DNA of 64,000 nt from Patescibacteria group bacterium (GCA_028707065.1 JAQTUZ010000006.1:7367-71366), one strand, 5' to 3'; positions 36,923-44,912 are shown, counted from the stretch's first letter. Numbers and translations are program-made. Notes: generated from the sequence alone by a model not told the origin.

Positions 36923-38383
36923 TTAATTTAATCTCTTTATTATTCCCTTATCCGCGTCGACTTCGACCAGATCGCCGGTTTTGATTAGCTTGGTCGCGTT
37001 ACGGGTATTGACCAGACAGGGCACGCCGAGTTCGCGGGAGACGATGGCCGCGTGACAGGTCATGCCGCCGTAATCGGTGATCACGGCGGCGGCTTTTCTC
37101 ATCACAATGATATACTCCGGCGAAGTCATGCTGGCTACCAAAATTTCTCCGGGCTTGAATTTATTTTGCTCCTTAAACGGATCAGTGATGATCCGCGCAA
37201 TGCCACGGACGATTCCGCCTTTACCGCGGCTTACTAATAATCCTCTGATTTCTCTGGAAAAAACAATTTTCTCTTCGGCATATTCTTGCCAAAACTTCTG
37301 GAACGTCGCTTTATCGGTAAAATCATAAATTTTCCCATTTTCCGAATACCAGCCGTAATATTTTCTTCTTTTTAAAATTTCCTTTTTATCAATTTTCCCC
37401 CTGACTACTTTTACCAGTTCTTCAAAATAACACCATTGCAACTCGCCGAATTTCCAGGAAGTATTTTTTTCAACGGCCCGCAAAGCCAAATCCCAAAGAT
37501 GATTCTGCCGCCAAATATAGCCTTTGCGGAAATCCTGCCACCAAATCGATTCGCTTAACTCGGCGGCAATGAGGATGATTTTTTTATCCAGCTTGAGTTT
37601 CTTGATTAAATCCGCCTTGCGTTTCCGATTATGCTCAATTTTTTTCTTAATCTCCCTGATGATATTTTCAGCCTTTTCGCGCCTTAATAATCCTTTCAGC
37701 TTAATGCTAAAATATTCCGGGCTTAGGATGCGGTTGCCGCCATAGCTATTCAAAATCCAATGCCAATTTTTTGAATGGTCTTTCAAAGCCGCAGCCAATT
37801 CTTTTTTATTTTTTATCGGAGCCAATTTGAGCAGCGCTAATTCTTCATCCTGAAAAAAAGAATATTTGACCGGCGCGGAAAGGATTTCCAAATATTCGTC
37901 CGCGCGGGTCGGATCGATCTTGGCCAATTCTTTCTTCAATAGATATTCTCCGCCCCAGTTGGCGATTTCCGGCACGTGGACTATCAGCCAGAAACGATTG
38001 TTCAAATCCGCCAACCGATTCAGCGAACGCAGCAAATCCTCTTTGGACAAATCGCTTTTGAATTTATTTTCCAATTCCGGCGCCAGCGCTTCATATTCTT
38101 TTATCCAACGCTCAAATTTCTTCCATTGCGCGCGGTAATTATTTTGATTAAGAAAATAGCGGCGGAAATATTTCAATCCGGTTTCCCGGAGCGTACTGGA
38201 TTGATTGATCCAGATCATGCTTTTGCCTTCCTTAAACAGACAGATATTAGGCGGCCAAGGCCAGGGATAATGTTTGGCGACATCGCGCAAAATACCGATG
38301 ACAAAACCGGTAGGATAAATCAGTTTAATGCTGATCGGCCCCCATTTGAACAATTCTTTTCGGGAATCGATATTAATCTTCAT
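36923..38383 (-). CDS. Phosphohistidine swivel-domain protein, long class (486 aa); first paralog of the array
   Basis: C-terminus ITDYGGMTCHAAIVSRELGVPCLVNT; N-domain LSAPVKYSFFQDEELALL, NWHWILNSYGG, WWQDFRK. Confidence 0.85.
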   Translation of the reverse strand: MKINIDSRKELFKWGPISIKLIYPTGFVIGILRDVAKHYPWPWPPNICLFKEGKSMIWINQSSTLRETGLKYFRRYFLNQNNYRAQWKKFERWIKEYEALAPELENKFKSDLSKEDLLRSLNRLADLNNRFWLIVHVPEIANWGGEYLLKKELAKIDPTRADEYLEILSAPVKYSFFQDEELALLKLAPIKNKKELAAALKDHSKNWHWILNSYGGNRILSPEYFSIKLKGLLRREKAENIIREIKKKIEHNRKRKADLIKKLKLDKKIILIAAELSESIWWQDFRKGYIWRQNHLWDLALRAVEKNTSWKFGELQWCYFEELVKVVRGKIDKKEILKRRKYYGWYSENGKIYDFTDKATFQKFWQEYAEEKIVFSREIRGLLVSRGKGGIVRGIARIITDPFKEQNKFKPGEILVASMTSPEYIIVMRKAAAVITDYGGMTCHAAIVSRELGVPCLVNTRNATKLIKTGDLVEVDADKGIIKRLN

Positions 38384-38390
38384 AATAAAT

Positions 38391-38420
38391 CAAGCTGGGC
38401 ACTATTAAGCGCCCAGCTTG
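38391..38420 (-). terminator. GC-rich hairpin between the amidohydrolase gene and the first swivel gene (possible partial terminator or attenuator)
   Basis: caagctgggc / gcccagcttg 10-bp stem with a 10-nt loop. On the minus strand it is followed only by atttatt, a weak U-tract. Confidence 0.35.
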
Positions 38421-38427
38421 TAAAAAA

Positions 38428-40116
38428 CTACTTCTTCTCGACCAACCTTCCCTGCCGATAAATCTTCTGAATCCCCGCTTCCAGATCGGTGACCTTGTCG
38501 CCCATTATGCCGGAATCCCTGCCCATTGCCGCCATTTCTTGCGCCGAAGCATCTCCCGTGAGCAGCTTATTCAGCGTTTCCCGGTTGATTACCACGACGT
38601 TGGCAGCCGCGCCTTCCGCAATTCTTCCCTGACCGCCATTTCTATTCTCCCAATCAGCTCCGGCCAAAGAATAAGCGGCCAAAGCCTGGGTGAAAGGAAT
38701 GCGCTGTGCTTCGTTAGGATTATGCGTCGCGGCATACATCCCGAACAGCGCCGAAGTCGGCATGCCGTCCGAACCGAACATCATCGGTATGCCTTTGTTC
38801 ACGATATCAGCATGCGGGCAAATTTGGGTAACTCTCTTGCCCAACCGATCTTCGTAAACATAATCAGTTAAGAAATTGGACTGCGAACTTACCCAGACGC
38901 CGAGTTTCGCGGCTTCGTCCAGTTTGCTACCGGAGAGTTCGAAATGCTCAATGCGGAAACGGCTCGGATCAAGTTTGGCTTTTTCCGCCATCGCTTGCCA
39001 TTTTTTGGCGGTATCCAACGCGCGCTGGATACCGGCATCACCGATCGCGTGCATGGCCGCTCCATTAATTCCGTATTCTTTGGCCAACGCAATCGCCTTG
39101 TTCAACTCGTCAGTGGAATGATACTCAATCCCTTTCCCGCCAATATCACCATAGGGTTCATCGACCATGGCCGTGTGCGAACCAAAACTTCCGTCCGCCA
39201 ACAGCTTCAAGCCGAACATCTTCCAATCCTTCTGCGGGTCAAAGAGCCCGGCCTTTTCCAGTTCCCCTTGGCGCTTCAACAGCTCCATGGTTAATACCGG
39301 CGGCATAAAGACCTGACGAACGGGAAATTCTGTTTTCTCCATTTCTTTCCAGTTGCGCCGAGTCATGAGCATCGCCGTCAAATCCATGAACGACAACGGA
39401 TACATTTCATGGACATCGGTAATGCCTTGGCCGATCCACTCGTTCAGTTTGTTTTTCATGCCTTCCGCAATCCTTTCCGCGCCAAACGGAGCTTCCGCAA
39501 CCTGAATGGCGAGAATCGCGTAGGCTTCGGTCGCCTGACCGGTACGTTCATCGAAACTTCCGGAAGTGACCGGCCGACCGGCTTCGGTTTCAGCCGTAAT
39601 CGCATTTTTGAGCAAACCGATCATGCGTGAATTAAGGCGGGCGCCGTGAAAACTGTTATCGACCAGACAAATCGGCCGATACGGTGAAATTTCGTCCAAC
39701 TGCTCGCGCCAAACATCCGGAACGCTGGCAGTGTTGTGGCATAAAAAAACCTTGGGAGTTTCACCTTTCTCTTCTTTCAATTGCTTGCCAAGACTTTGGC
39801 GCATCTCATCCAAAGAATCTGCCGCAGCAAAGCCCGCTCCGATGACATCGAAAGTCCCATACATCAGATGATTATGGGTGTCGGTGAATCCCGGCAAAGC
39901 CACGCCGCCTTGTTCCACGCCGACGGTTAAATCGGGCCGGCTGATTTTTTCCGCCTCGAGCCATTCCCGCACATCGCGAGGATTGCCGATTTTGACGATC
40001 TTTCCGCTGGCGGGGTCGGTCACGAATTCAATCTCGGTTTTGGATTGAAGTTCTTTATCCTCGGGCGAATCCGGAGCAAACACTTGTTCCGGCTTGAAAT
40101 GTGTAATGTTGTTCAT
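38428..40116 (-). CDS. Metal-dependent amidohydrolase (Amidohydro_3 / YtcJ-like, 562 aa)
   Basis: GFTDTHNHLMYG (HxH metal motif), MHAIGDAGI, RIEHFEL, MFGSDGMP. Confidence 0.8.
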   Translation of the reverse strand: MNNITHFKPEQVFAPDSPEDKELQSKTEIEFVTDPASGKIVKIGNPRDVREWLEAEKISRPDLTVGVEQGGVALPGFTDTHNHLMYGTFDVIGAGFAAADSLDEMRQSLGKQLKEEKGETPKVFLCHNTASVPDVWREQLDEISPYRPICLVDNSFHGARLNSRMIGLLKNAITAETEAGRPVTSGSFDERTGQATEAYAILAIQVAEAPFGAERIAEGMKNKLNEWIGQGITDVHEMYPLSFMDLTAMLMTRRNWKEMEKTEFPVRQVFMPPVLTMELLKRQGELEKAGLFDPQKDWKMFGLKLLADGSFGSHTAMVDEPYGDIGGKGIEYHSTDELNKAIALAKEYGINGAAMHAIGDAGIQRALDTAKKWQAMAEKAKLDPSRFRIEHFELSGSKLDEAAKLGVWVSSQSNFLTDYVYEDRLGKRVTQICPHADIVNKGIPMMFGSDGMPTSALFGMYAATHNPNEAQRIPFTQALAAYSLAGADWENRNGGQGRIAEGAAANVVVINRETLNKLLTGDASAQEMAAMGRDSGIMGDKVTDLEAGIQKIYRQGRLVEKK

Positions 40117-40175
40117 ATGAATTCCCTTCTGGGATTAAGGTTATATCGACAATATTGTAAATGTACCAACGACTA

Positions 40176-40204
40176 AAATTAGCACATTTGTAGGCACTTG
40201 TCAA
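40176..40204 (-). promoter_or_regulatory. Sigma70-type promoter upstream of the amidohydrolase (and possibly the island)
   Basis: Minus strand reads TTGACA, 17 nt (agtgcctacaaatgtgc), TAATTT, with TGn; about 60 nt upstream of ATG 40116. Confidence 0.55.
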
Positions 40205-41149
40205 CTATTTAACTTTAATACCCAATAAATAAGTAATGATGGCCATCTCGCAATAAACCATGATCTTAAGCAATTTTTTACCCGACATTCTCGGATCATC
40301 GTCAACTTCTTTCAAGGCCACCAGGCGTCCGTCGGTAGTGGCTCGCGGTTCGCCCACGTCGATGATCGCGTCTTTTTTTACCTTGGCCAAATCAGCTTTT
40401 GAGAAAGGCATGAAAGCCTTGTTGAATTTATCGACCAAAGCCGGATCTTCGCCGGCTTGCGGCAAGCCTTCAATGACGAATAAGTAATCGACTTTGCCGA
40501 TGAAATTCGCCAGCTTGTCTTCCTGATAAGTCGAGCCGTTCTTCTTGATCATCTCGCGGATATATTCAGGCAGTTTGAATTCGGGAATAACCGGATCCTC
40601 GTAAAATTCCACGCCAAATAAACTTAATACCTTAGCGGCCGCTTTCATCGGGCGGGAAGATTTGCTCATCCCGTAAATACCGATTTTCAAACCCTCTAAC
40701 CGGCCCAACTCATGGAGAGCCGCATAAGGGAAGCCGGCGCCCGCGATCGAATGCTCTTCCGAGCCGGACATCGCATTGATCAAGGGCACGGGAAAACCTT
40801 TAGCCGCCAACTCGGTTAGATCCAAACTCTTGTGCCGGATTCCCATGATATCGCAAAGCGGCGCAACACCGCGCAATGTATCGTCCAAATCTTCTTCGCC
40901 GGTTTCCAGATAAGTTCCCTTGATCCCGGCAATACCGAACCAGCCGCCGCCCAAGCGGACCATCGCCGCCTGCAAGCTAGCCGCGGTCCTGGTGCTTTCC
41001 TGGAAAAACATCGTGGCCATCACCATTCCCGGACAAAGGTTGGTGAAATTTTTTCCCTTAGCGATTCCCTTTTCAAAAATTTCCGTCCGGCGAAAAATCT
41101 CCAAATACTCTTCCTTGGTGAAATCTTCAGTGCGCGTAAAATGTTTCAT
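40205..41149 (-). CDS. Aspartate/ornithine carbamoyltransferase-fold protein, divergent
   Basis: MFFQESTRTAASLQAAMVRLGG resembles the carbamoyl-phosphate-binding S-T-R-T-R motif but lacks the last Arg. DIMGIRH is present. The HPTQ-like motif is replaced by EEHSIAG. Confidence 0.55.
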   Translation of the reverse strand: MKHFTRTEDFTKEEYLEIFRRTEIFEKGIAKGKNFTNLCPGMVMATMFFQESTRTAASLQAAMVRLGGGWFGIAGIKGTYLETGEEDLDDTLRGVAPLCDIMGIRHKSLDLTELAAKGFPVPLINAMSGSEEHSIAGAGFPYAALHELGRLEGLKIGIYGMSKSSRPMKAAAKVLSLFGVEFYEDPVIPEFKLPEYIREMIKKNGSTYQEDKLANFIGKVDYLFVIEGLPQAGEDPALVDKFNKAFMPFSKADLAKVKKDAIIDVGEPRATTDGRLVALKEVDDDPRMSGKKLLKIMVYCEMAIITYLLGIKVK

Positions 41150-41153
41150 AAAT

Positions 41154-41342
41154 TTATAAATTATTAATAAAATTCTTAATTGATCGGTCGTAAGTTTTTT
41201 CTTCCGCAGTGGAAAAATAGCAGGCCGGCAACTCCTTGTTCGCGCGGTGATAAGCGACGCACTCGCAGCATTTCCCCTTGAGCTCGCAACCTTGATAGGT
41301 GCAAGGACAATTTTGTAAATTCTTTTTTATTCGGCATTCCAT
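41154..41342 (-). CDS. Small Cys-rich protein (62 aa, 8 Cys)
   Basis: [43 protein letters not shown]; a dense CxC / CC pattern that suggests metal binding. Tightly packed between its neighbours. Confidence 0.55.
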   Translation of the reverse strand: MECRIKKNLQNCPCTYQGCELKGKCCECVAYHRANKELPACYFSTAEEKTYDRSIKNFINNL

Positions 41343-41361
41343 AAATTTATTTCAGCCGAAT

Positions 41362-42138
41362 CTAAGCGATGAGTTTGGCGAAAAAATCATCTACCGCTTG
41401 CACGATTTTATCATCAAATTCTTTTTCTTCTTCCTTTTTTATTTTGTCGCCCAGAAATTCATGATAGCTATAAACTGAATCGTTAACACATAACATCACA
41501 TCTTCTTGGGAAATAATCTGATCTCTGATCAGCGGCTTGATTTTTTTCAAGGCATACGCCCAAGCTCCCCTTTCCCGGCGCAAGACAAACTCCATATCTT
41601 CCTCATTTCTAGCGTTATCTGCCAAGACTTTCATCCTCCAATTTCTTTTATTTTTGGTCTGCTCATAGTCGACGCAGTGGCCGATCTCGTGCAAAAGACC
41701 CAACAGGCCATCCACTGTTGTAATATCCCCTCTAACAATGCATAGCTGATCCTTGACGCCTGCCTTTCCCCCGGTATACCAGGCATAGGGCTCAAAAAAA
41801 ACTTCGTAATCTCTGGGCAATTCCGACAGCAAATTAATCATCGTTTCCGACTGTTTGGACTTAATCGAATAATTATTAAGTTTCCGCCAATTGAGGCTGT
41901 TTGCACGTGGCTCAAAATCCTTACCGTCCGTCCCGACCGGGCAACCGGAATCTTCATAACCGAGATCAAGGACAATCTTCTCATTTTCCACATGGATCTG
42001 ATCATGATCTTTGTAATCAATTTCTACGATCCTTTTATTTTTTATTTCTCGCGACTGTTCTTCTTCGCTTTTTTTGACGGTGGAAACAATGCGATTCAAA
42101 TAATCACTCTCAAATTGATGAAAAATATTTTTTTCCAT
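41362..42138 (-). CDS. Hypothetical protein with HEXXH zinc-metallopeptidase motif
   Basis: LLGLLHEIGHCVDYE. Start ambiguous: ATG 42138 lies 10 nt after the FemAB stop, while ATG 42219 would overlap the FemAB gene by about 70 nt. Confidence 0.5.
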   Translation of the reverse strand: MEKNIFHQFESDYLNRIVSTVKKSEEEQSREIKNKRIVEIDYKDHDQIHVENEKIVLDLGYEDSGCPVGTDGKDFEPRANSLNWRKLNNYSIKSKQSETMINLLSELPRDYEVFFEPYAWYTGGKAGVKDQLCIVRGDITTVDGLLGLLHEIGHCVDYEQTKNKRNWRMKVLADNARNEEDMEFVLRRERGAWAYALKKIKPLIRDQIISQEDVMLCVNDSVYSYHEFLGDKIKKEEEKEFDDKIVQAVDDFFAKLIA

Positions 42139-42148
42139 TAAAAATGGA

Positions 42149-43216
42149 TTATTTAATAAGTCTGCGTATTTTTCTAAAAATTTTGTAGGCGGAATATTTT
42201 TGCTTATCGAAAATAACATCAAAGGTTCCGGGATAATTCATTTCCTGGCCGGCAAAGCCGCGTTTGAAACGCGTCACGCCCGGCCATTTCTTTTCATCAA
42301 TGCCGGAGAAATCATAAAATTTACACCCGGCGGCTTTGGCAAGCTTGATCATTTCCCATTGCAGGAGATGCGGCGCCATCAATTCCCGGTTTTCATTGGC
42401 CGAGGCGCCATGGAGATAGACGGCCGTATCGCCGAAAAAACTAAAAATTCCTGCACAGATAATTTTTCCCTCAAATTCTCCCCCTTCGCCAAGGCTACGG
42501 GGGACAAAGCCAAAAAATAATTTTATCAATCCGCCATTGAGAGAAAGCATCTTTTGATAATACTCCTTGCTATGCAAACGGAAGCCGTCTCGGTTGACCG
42601 TAGCTGACATTAAATTCCAAAATTTATCAAATTCTTCGGCCATAACACACCCCGGCGCCGCGGCGGCGCCACCCCTCTCGAGAGGGGACTTTTCCGCTTC
42701 CCGGATTTTAACGCCTTTTTTTTCGGCTAAACGGATATTATAACGAGTCTTCTGATGCATATTTTTAAGCAAATCGTCTTCAGATAAATTCAAATCCAAG
42801 ATGATAGTTTTACTGACCTGGATATCAATGGTTTTGAAAATTGGAAATTGGAAATTGGAAATTGGAAATTGTTCTAGCGGTTCGAAACGCAAAAAAATAA
42901 CTTTTTCCTTCTGGGCAATTCTTTCTATCTCTGCAAAGAAAAAATTAATCATCTCTGCTCCCTGCTCTCTGCTCTCCGCTCTGATCACCGGGCCGCGCGG
43001 ACAATAAAAATAATTCATTCCTAAAGGCATTGTTTTTTTTACCAAAGTTGCCGCCGCGATCAGCTCGCCATTTTCCTCCACACCGAGGCGGATAATTTTT
43101 CCTTCAACTTTCTCCTGGAATTCTCCCCATTCCCACGATTGCAAAAATTCGGCATGCGGTTGCGCTCCGAGAAAATCATTGAGTCTTTGTTTATCTTTTA
43201 TTTCAACTATGATCAT
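42149..43216 (-). CDS. FemAB-family peptidoglycan interpeptide-bridge peptidyltransferase
   Basis: FLQSWEWGEFQEK, MNYFYCPRGPV, KTRYNIRLAEKKGV, YLHGASANENRELMAPHLLQWEMIKLAKAAGCKFYDFSGI. Carries two in-frame repeat insertions. Confidence 0.85.
   Translation of the reverse strand: MIIVEIKDKQRLNDFLGAQPHAEFLQSWEWGEFQEKVEGKIIRLGVEENGELIAAATLVKKTMPLGMNYFYCPRGPVIRAESREQGAEMINFFFAEIERIAQKEKVIFLRFEPLEQFPISNFQFPIFKTIDIQVSKTIILDLNLSEDDLLKNMHQKTRYNIRLAEKKGVKIREAEKSPLERGGAAAAPGCVMAEEFDKFWNLMSATVNRDGFRLHSKEYYQKMLSLNGGLIKLFFGFVPRSLGEGGEFEGKIICAGIFSFFGDTAVYLHGASANENRELMAPHLLQWEMIKLAKAAGCKFYDFSGIDEKKWPGVTRFKRGFAGQEMNYPGTFDVIFDKQKYSAYKIFRKIRRLIK
42645..42689. repeat. GC-rich palindromic element inserted in frame in the FemAB gene
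   Basis: acacaccccggcgccgcggcggcgccacccctctcgagagggga; translated as SPLERGGAAAAPGCV. Confidence 0.8.
42835..42870. repeat. AT-rich heptamer tandem repeat (ggaaatt x4-5) in frame in the FemAB gene
   Basis: gaaaattggaaattggaaattggaaattggaaatt; translated as FPISNFQFPIFK. Confidence 0.8.
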
Positions 43217-43237
43217 CTTGAATATTGTCAGGAATAA

Positions 43238-43282
43238 ACCCTCCCCGTCGCCGAGGCGGCGCCACCCCTCCCCGGGAGGGGA
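43238..43282. repeat. GC-rich palindromic element, intergenic
   Basis: ggaataaaccctccccgtcgccgaggcggcgccacccctccccgggagggg. Confidence 0.75.
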
Positions 43283-43287
43283 ATTTT

Positions 43288-43863
43288 TTATTTTATGTTC
43301 TTCAGTGCTTCACGGATGCGCTTGCCTGAATCAGTAATTGATTTATCAACTTTAGATAACGCCTCGCGGGCTTGCTGAATCGAATAACCAAGAGAAACCA
43401 GAGCGTCGATCTCATCGCCGCGCAGACCAACGGAAGAAATTGCACCTTCGGCCGGAACTAAAACCCCGACTTTGTCGCGCAGATCCAAAATTACCCGCTC
43501 GGCGGTTTTTTTGCCAATGCCGGAAACTTTGGTTAATAAATGAATATCCCCCTCGGCAATCGCGGTCTTGATTTCTTCCACGCCGGCAATCGCCATTATT
43601 CCCAAGCCGGATTTCGGACCGATGCCGGAAACCGATAACAGCATTTCAAACATCGCCAGCTTTTCATAGGTCGTAAAACCATAAAGATCTTCAGCGTCCT
43701 CTCTGATATATTGATGGGTGAATAATTCCAGCTGGTCGCCGATTTTTGTTTCCGCCGCCAAATTTTCATTGACAAAAATCTTATAGCCGACGCTTTCATG
43801 CACGGCCAGAATAATAAAATTACTTCCCTTCTTGATAATTTTTCCCTTTAAGTAACTAATCAT
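43288..43863 (-). CDS. ruvA: Holliday junction branch migration complex subunit RuvA
   Basis: MISYLKGKI..., helix-hairpin-helix motifs VSGIGPKSGLGI and VSGIGKKTAERVILDLRDK; 191 aa. Confidence 0.92.
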   Translation of the reverse strand: MISYLKGKIIKKGSNFIILAVHESVGYKIFVNENLAAETKIGDQLELFTHQYIREDAEDLYGFTTYEKLAMFEMLLSVSGIGPKSGLGIMAIAGVEEIKTAIAEGDIHLLTKVSGIGKKTAERVILDLRDKVGVLVPAEGAISSVGLRGDEIDALVSLGYSIQQAREALSKVDKSITDSGKRIREALKNIK

Positions 43864-43869
43864 ATTCTT

Positions 43870-43969
43870 AATGTAAGACTAATCTACGAATACATACTAA
43901 TAAAACGAATGAGTGTTTAGGAGGCATTCGTTATATTAGTATGTATTCGTATGACATTAGTATTACAAT
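43870..43969. repeat. Palindromic element of about 100 bp, copy A
   Basis: ...tacgaatacatactaat...cgaatgagtgtttaggaggcattcgttatattagtatgtattcgtatgacattagtattacaat. Self-complementary arms of about 40 bp; near-identical copy at 55699-55797. Confidence 0.8.
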
Positions 43970-43970
43970 T

Positions 43971-44912
43971 TTATCTTTTAATCCTGATAAACCCAGCGAT
44001 GGGGATAATTTTGATTCCCTTCTTTTCCAGTTCATCGCAAAAAAGATTTAAGCCCAAAGAGTCGGACGACATGTGGCCGGCAATAACAACATTGATATGA
44101 TTTTTTTCCGCTTCTTCGCGGTGCTTTTCCGAAAGATGCATGCCGATGACCGTGCCAATCCCCGCTTGCGCCATTTTTTCAAAAATTTCCTTGGCGCCCT
44201 CGGTGCCGCCGGTGAATTCGCTGACCGCGATCTTGCCGCAATGATTTTCGGGAGTGCCGGCAAAAAGCGTCGGACCGGCATTTAATTTCGCCGCTTCTTT
44301 ATATTCGGGAATTTCTTTGATCAAATCCAGAAGGTCGCCGACGAATTCCGGCTTTTTCTTCTCGATCAAATCGACGATAAAGCGCGCCCCCAGATTATCG
44401 CAAGGCGTATGGATGCACATATAATCCAAATTCAGCGCTGAAGCAAAATCTACCCAGCGATTATAATTGCCGGAAATTACGCTGCGGCCGACTTCGGAAA
44501 TGCGCGGCTTGATCAATTTTTCGGCGATATTGATCGGTACGCCATAATCAGCCAAAACCTCGGATTGCAGATCCATCACCGAATGCAGATCGGCCAACGC
44601 CTTGCCTTCCGGGTGATGGGCAAAAAGCAGATCAATATCCCCTCTTTCTTTGGCTAAAAGCATTTCCGAGCCTTCCAAATCCACGCCGACCATGATTTTT
44701 TTAATCTGCTTGGAATTTCCAAAAACCAAAATCCGGCTGTCCGAATATGGGTTGCTTAACTTTTCCGCATCAAATTCCGCCTTTTTGTCCTTATCTAATT
44801 TTCCGTATTTCTTCTTGGCGCGCTCTAAATACGCCGCAACTTTCTTCTCCCCTCTTAAATCGCTCTTAATGCCGAGCTTAATCCCTAAATCGAAAATTTC
44901 TTTAATCGTCAT
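43971..44912 (-). CDS. Nif3-like dinuclear metal centre protein (GTP cyclohydrolase 1 type 2 homolog family)
   Basis: DLLFAHHPEG motif, C-terminal VVIAGHMSSD, 313 aa. Confidence 0.8.
   Translation of the reverse strand: MTIKEIFDLGIKLGIKSDLRGEKKVAAYLERAKKKYGKLDKDKKAEFDAEKLSNPYSDSRILVFGNSKQIKKIMVGVDLEGSEMLLAKERGDIDLLFAHHPEGKALADLHSVMDLQSEVLADYGVPINIAEKLIKPRISEVGRSVISGNYNRWVDFASALNLDYMCIHTPCDNLGARFIVDLIEKKKPEFVGDLLDLIKEIPEYKEAAKLNAGPTLFAGTPENHCGKIAVSEFTGGTEGAKEIFEKMAQAGIGTVIGMHLSEKHREEAEKNHINVVIAGHMSSDSLGLNLFCDELEKKGIKIIPIAGFIRIKR

Noticed and set aside
8585-38383. Interpreting the array as ordinary multiple copies of PEP synthase (ppsA) or PPDK
   Set aside because: No paralog has the ATP-grasp domain fused, and none has the C-terminal PEP/pyruvate TIM-barrel domain. 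The swivel domain is C-terminal, which is the RPH-like order and not the PEPS order.
8585-40204. Island as a mobile element, prophage or integrative island
   Set aside because: No integrase, transposase, tRNA target, flanking direct repeats or obvious compositional shift was seen. Neighbouring genes are on the same strand and packed in the same style.
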